Shown: in pieces, positions 60,951-64,000 of the stretch | How positions within the stretch are numbered: position 1 is the stretch's first letter | How the letters are laid out: each line of letters begins with the position of its first letter | IMG/VR virus record: IMGVR_UViG_3300002092_001378 | Coordinates: 1-64,000 of that record | Source: a virus | DNA length: 64,000 nt | Strand: one strand, 5' to 3' | Made by a program: the position numbers and the translations under genes | Notes under the pieces: generated by a model | The model's database searches: none | What the model saw: the letters and a program-made list of their open reading frames with translations, nothing else | Told to the model about the DNA's origin: nothing

Positions 60951-60979
60951 TTGATTTATTTTTTAATTTGTGTTATTAT
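60951..60979 (+). promoter_or_regulatory. Sigma70-type promoter TTGATT-17-TATTAT (leaderless)
   Basis: 17-bp spacer; ATG 60985 lies 5 nt after the -10 box; no room for an SD sequence. Confidence 0.6.
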
Positions 60980-60984
60980 GAGAC

Positions 60985-61305
60985 ATGGACATAGACAATC
61001 TACAACGCCAAGCTCAATTAAGTTTTGATCATGCAATTGCTAAGAAAAACCTACAGCAACGTATACAATCGCGACTTAATGTTACATATAACGATGGTTT
61101 CTTTACAGTAACAAAAGAACAAATAAACTTTCTGGATTTACTAGGATCACAGTCTGTGGTACTACTTGATGATTACCAAACTCCCATTGAAGTAAATGCA
61201 TTTGAGTTACTCAAGATCATGTTTCAACGATATCACGAAATTATGAATGAATGGCTTGAGGAATACGAGCAACTTAAAAAGATTAGATCAGCAAAACATG
61301 TCTAA
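60985..61305 (+). CDS. Hypothetical protein
   Basis: 106-aa ORF, first of an overlapping gene run. Confidence 0.7.
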   Translation: MDIDNLQRQAQLSFDHAIAKKNLQQRIQSRLNVTYNDGFFTVTKEQINFLDLLGSQSVVLLDDYQTPIEVNAFELLKIMFQRYHEIMNEWLEEYEQLKKIRSAKHV

Positions 61306-62092
61306 TACCGGCGCAGTCATTGTTGCTAACAACACCGATAGATTTAATTACGTTAGGTTGGCGGAAATATGCGCGGAACGAGTACAACGTCATCTAAAAA
61401 TTCCAGTGTCACTTGTTACAACTTCAGATGTTACATCTACAGTTTTTGATAAGATTATCATAATGGAATCATATGAACAAAATCAAAGATTCTTTACGGC
61501 AACACAAGAGAAGACAGAGTGGCGTAACATGGGTCGTACTCAAGTATACGATCTTACTCCATATGATAGAACATTGCTATTGGATGCAGATTTGTTTATA
61601 CAAACCAATGCACTGCTGAATCATATAAAAACAAACAATGACTTTGCAATTGCCAGAGACGTATACGACCCAACAACTGGCCATATATATAAAATGAAGT
61701 TTGGCAAAACTCAAATGGATCAGTGCTGGGCAACATTGGTAATCTTTAATAAGTCTGAATTAGCTCGCAACATATTCGATATGGCACAACATGTTTTAAA
61801 TCATTATGCTTACTATTGTAGGCTATACAATTTTGCAGATGTCCCATTAAGAAACGATTACGCATTTACAGTTGCATGTCATCTAATGGGTGGCTATGGA
61901 CAAAGACATTTTGATATTACTGGTTATGCTTTACCCAACTGTGACTTTTATACAGACATACTTGAGCTGAATACTGATAACATTCTAATAAAGTATAGTA
62001 AGCAGGAAAAGACATACGTGCAACGAATTAAAAGTGATCTGCATATGCAAAACAAACTAAGTCTATTTGAGAGAATCAATGAAAGCAGGTAA
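61298..62092 (+). CDS. GT-A fold glycosyltransferase-like protein (GT8-like)
   Basis: YDLTPYDRTLLLDAD (DxD), WATLVIF, RNDYAF. Confidence 0.65.
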   Translation: MSNTGAVIVANNTDRFNYVRLAEICAERVQRHLKIPVSLVTTSDVTSTVFDKIIIMESYEQNQRFFTATQEKTEWRNMGRTQVYDLTPYDRTLLLDADLFIQTNALLNHIKTNNDFAIARDVYDPTTGHIYKMKFGKTQMDQCWATLVIFNKSELARNIFDMAQHVLNHYAYYCRLYNFADVPLRNDYAFTVACHLMGGYGQRHFDITGYALPNCDFYTDILELNTDNILIKYSKQEKTYVQRIKSDLHMQNKLSLFERINESR

Positions 62093-62849
62093 GGGATTTC
62101 TAACAGTTGCATGTAACAATTACTTGCCTTATGCTTTTAAGTTAGCAGAGAGTATTAAAGCTACGCAACGTGATTCAAATATAAGTGTAATTGTTGATGA
62201 CCTTGATCAAATTGAAAATAAGCATCAGGACATATTTGATAAGATTATTCAAGTTGCCAAAAATGAAAATAAATTTTGGGCTGAGACGCAGGTCTGTGCA
62301 TTAACGCCATATAAACAAACTATTAAAATTGAAGCGGACATGATTGTGCCACAGTCAATTGATCATTGGTGGAGTATACTTGATCAAAAGAATGTTGTAC
62401 TAACCAACCATGTAAAAACATACTGGCATACAACAGTGACAGACAGAAGTCAACGTCGGTTATTTGATGACAACAATTTGCCTGATGTTTACAGTGGCAT
62501 CTATTACTTTAGGTACAGTAAAGAGTCATATAATTTCTTTCAGATTGTCAATCAGATATTTGATAATTGGACATGGTTTAAAAACAATTTAAAAAACTGT
62601 AGGTATGAACAGCCAGTAACAGATGAAGTATTTGCTATTGCTGCTCAGATATATGGTGTCGAGAATTGCACAATTAATAATGAAATTCCCACCTTTGTGC
62701 ATATGAAAAATAAATTGCAGGATATACCAAGCGACGACAACTGGTATAGGTATGTTGCGTATGAGAAATCACAACAGGCAATTGGAATGTATAAACAACA
62801 GTATCCCATTCATTATTGGGATAAAGCATTTTGGAACAACAATGACTGA
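62079..62849 (+). CDS. GT-A fold glycosyltransferase-like protein (paralogous to the upstream gene)
   Basis: LTPYKQTIKIEADM, LPDVYSGIYYF, TDEVFAIA, FVHMK, PIHY. Confidence 0.6.
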   Translation: MKAGKGFLTVACNNYLPYAFKLAESIKATQRDSNISVIVDDLDQIENKHQDIFDKIIQVAKNENKFWAETQVCALTPYKQTIKIEADMIVPQSIDHWWSILDQKNVVLTNHVKTYWHTTVTDRSQRRLFDDNNLPDVYSGIYYFRYSKESYNFFQIVNQIFDNWTWFKNNLKNCRYEQPVTDEVFAIAAQIYGVENCTINNEIPTFVHMKNKLQDIPSDDNWYRYVAYEKSQQAIGMYKQQYPIHYWDKAFWNNND

Positions 62850-63189
62850 TGAGGAAATGTTTGCTGATATATTCAAACTGTATCAACCAATCAAATTACC
62901 AAATTTAGATTATAAAGCCTATTATAATGACTCAAACGAAATAGTCTGCTTCAGCCAAGAAGAACTGGACATGCCCTATTACGTTATTACACAGGAATGG
63001 TTCATGATTGGGCAACCAAATCTGTTTAAAATATATGACGGTCAAGTGGTAAAGCGTGACGTAAATCAAAAAAACCGGTTGCAATTAAAGTCAAACGGTA
63101 GTATATTTGCTTGTATGCAACATGACATGCAGTTTGCAGTGTCGGAGTCGTATACTGGTGATAAAGCATACTGGGACCCAAATGACTGA
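62842..63189 (+). CDS. Hypothetical protein
   Basis: ATG 62842 overlaps the upstream stop; overlaps the next gene start. Confidence 0.6.
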   Translation: MTDEEMFADIFKLYQPIKLPNLDYKAYYNDSNEIVCFSQEELDMPYYVITQEWFMIGQPNLFKIYDGQVVKRDVNQKNRLQLKSNGSIFACMQHDMQFAVSESYTGDKAYWDPND

Positions 63190-64000
63190 AATTGTTGATG
63201 TTAGCGAATTGGATTGCATTTATCTCAGCTATGATGAGCCGCAGGCCGATGAGTTCTTCATCAAGATACGCAGTCAAATACCCTGGATCAAACGTGTACA
63301 TGGTGTAAAAGGCAGTGATGCTGCTCATAAAGCTGCTGCCGCCGCAAGTGATACTGAACGCTTTATTCTTATTGACGGCGACAATATGCCCAACTGGAAT
63401 TTCTTCCATGAGCAACTGCGTATTGATCATACAAATGATGAATGTGTATTCCGCTGGCGTGCTAAGAACGTCATTAATGGATTGACATATGGCAACGGTG
63501 GCATCAGCTGCTGGACTAAAACATTTGTCAACAATATGCGTAGTCATGAAGCAACCAATGGCACGGATGCAACACAAGTTGAATTCTGCTTTGATAACAA
63601 ATACTGGGCAATGCACGACGTCTACAGCACAACATATCCTAATCAAAGCCGATATCATGCTTGGCGAGCAGGGTTTAGAGAAGGTGTTAAAATGTGTTTG
63701 GATCAAGGACGCAGATTAACGCCAGCGGAGTTTGAATCTGCTTGGCAGGGCAACAGGCATAACCTTGAAATTTGGTGTACTGTTGGCAACGATGTTGACT
63801 ATGGCGACTGGGCTATAATGGGTGCCAGATATGGCGCATGGCGTGTTATGTTTGATTCTGCTTGGGATCACACTGAAGTAAGAGATTTTGATAAGCTAAA
63901 AGAGATTTATGAGAACTTTAACGACACTTATATCGAAGATTATACCGCAGAATTAACTAATAGGCTTGGACTTAATATTGTTCATTTGTCATCTGAGCAA
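63182..64000 (+). CDS. Glycosyltransferase-like protein, truncated by the window end
   Basis: Not in the ORF track. MTEIVDVSELDCIYLSYDEP...RVHGVKGSDAAHKAAA...FILIDGDN (DxD)...NGLTYGNGG...AWRAGFREGVKM; open to 64000. Confidence 0.7.
   Translation, partial: MTEIVDVSELDCIYLSYDEPQADEFFIKIRSQIPWIKRVHGVKGSDAAHKAAAAASDTERFILIDGDNMPNWNFFHEQLRIDHTNDECVFRWRAKNVINGLTYGNGGISCWTKTFVNNMRSHEATNGTDATQVEFCFDNKYWAMHDVYSTTYPNQSRYHAWRAGFREGVKMCLDQGRRLTPAEFESAWQGNRHNLEIWCTVGNDVDYGDWAIMGARYGAWRVMFDSAWDHTEVRDFDKLKEIYENFNDTYIEDYTAELTNRLGLNIVHLSSEQ

Noticed and set aside
63026-63719. 226-aa minus-strand ORF and 76-aa plus-strand ORF near the right end
   Set aside because: Both are shadows of the real plus-strand gene starting at 63182, which the track missed because it runs off the window.
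1-64000. Stop-codon reassignment, CRISPR arrays, tRNAs, inteins
   Set aside because: Genes, including a 15-kb ORF, are intact under the standard code with near-complete coding density. I saw no regularly spaced repeats, cloverleaf sequences or intein motifs.

Overview
A 64-kb segment of a large T4-superfamily-like (myovirus, jumbo-type) bacteriophage genome that uses the standard genetic code. From left to right it holds: a head module on the minus strand (major capsid protein, scaffold/core proteins, prohead protease, portal); a tape-measure-like gene facing away from a tail/baseplate assembly chaperone that has a likely programmed -1 frameshift; a ~370-nt highly structured non-coding region and a GIY-YIG/NUMOD3 endonuclease; a Pho-box-preceded pstS - GT2 glycosyltransferase - plcP-like phospholipase operon; gp46/gp47 recombination nuclease genes with a flavin-dependent halogenase between them; an HNH endonuclease; the gp55 late sigma factor; a long plus-strand baseplate/tail module (gp53, hub, gp5, gp25, gp6, a 5137-aa wedge protein, four paralogous fibre proteins); and a glycosyltransferase-like cluster at the right edge. 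A seven-gene minus-strand cassette lies among the fibre genes behind a late-promoter motif: a 15-Cys, Asn-Cys-rich protein, a radical SAM/SPASM enzyme, an unknown protein, three 2OG-Fe(II) oxygenases and a halogenase. The two best candidates for an undescribed system are (1) this RiPP-like modification cassette, possibly acting on a virion protein, and (2) the phage-borne phosphate-starvation membrane-lipid-remodelling operon. The PstS/PlcP sequence style suggests a proteobacterial, probably alphaproteobacterial, host (inference). All family assignments come from motif recognition by eye; no database search was run.
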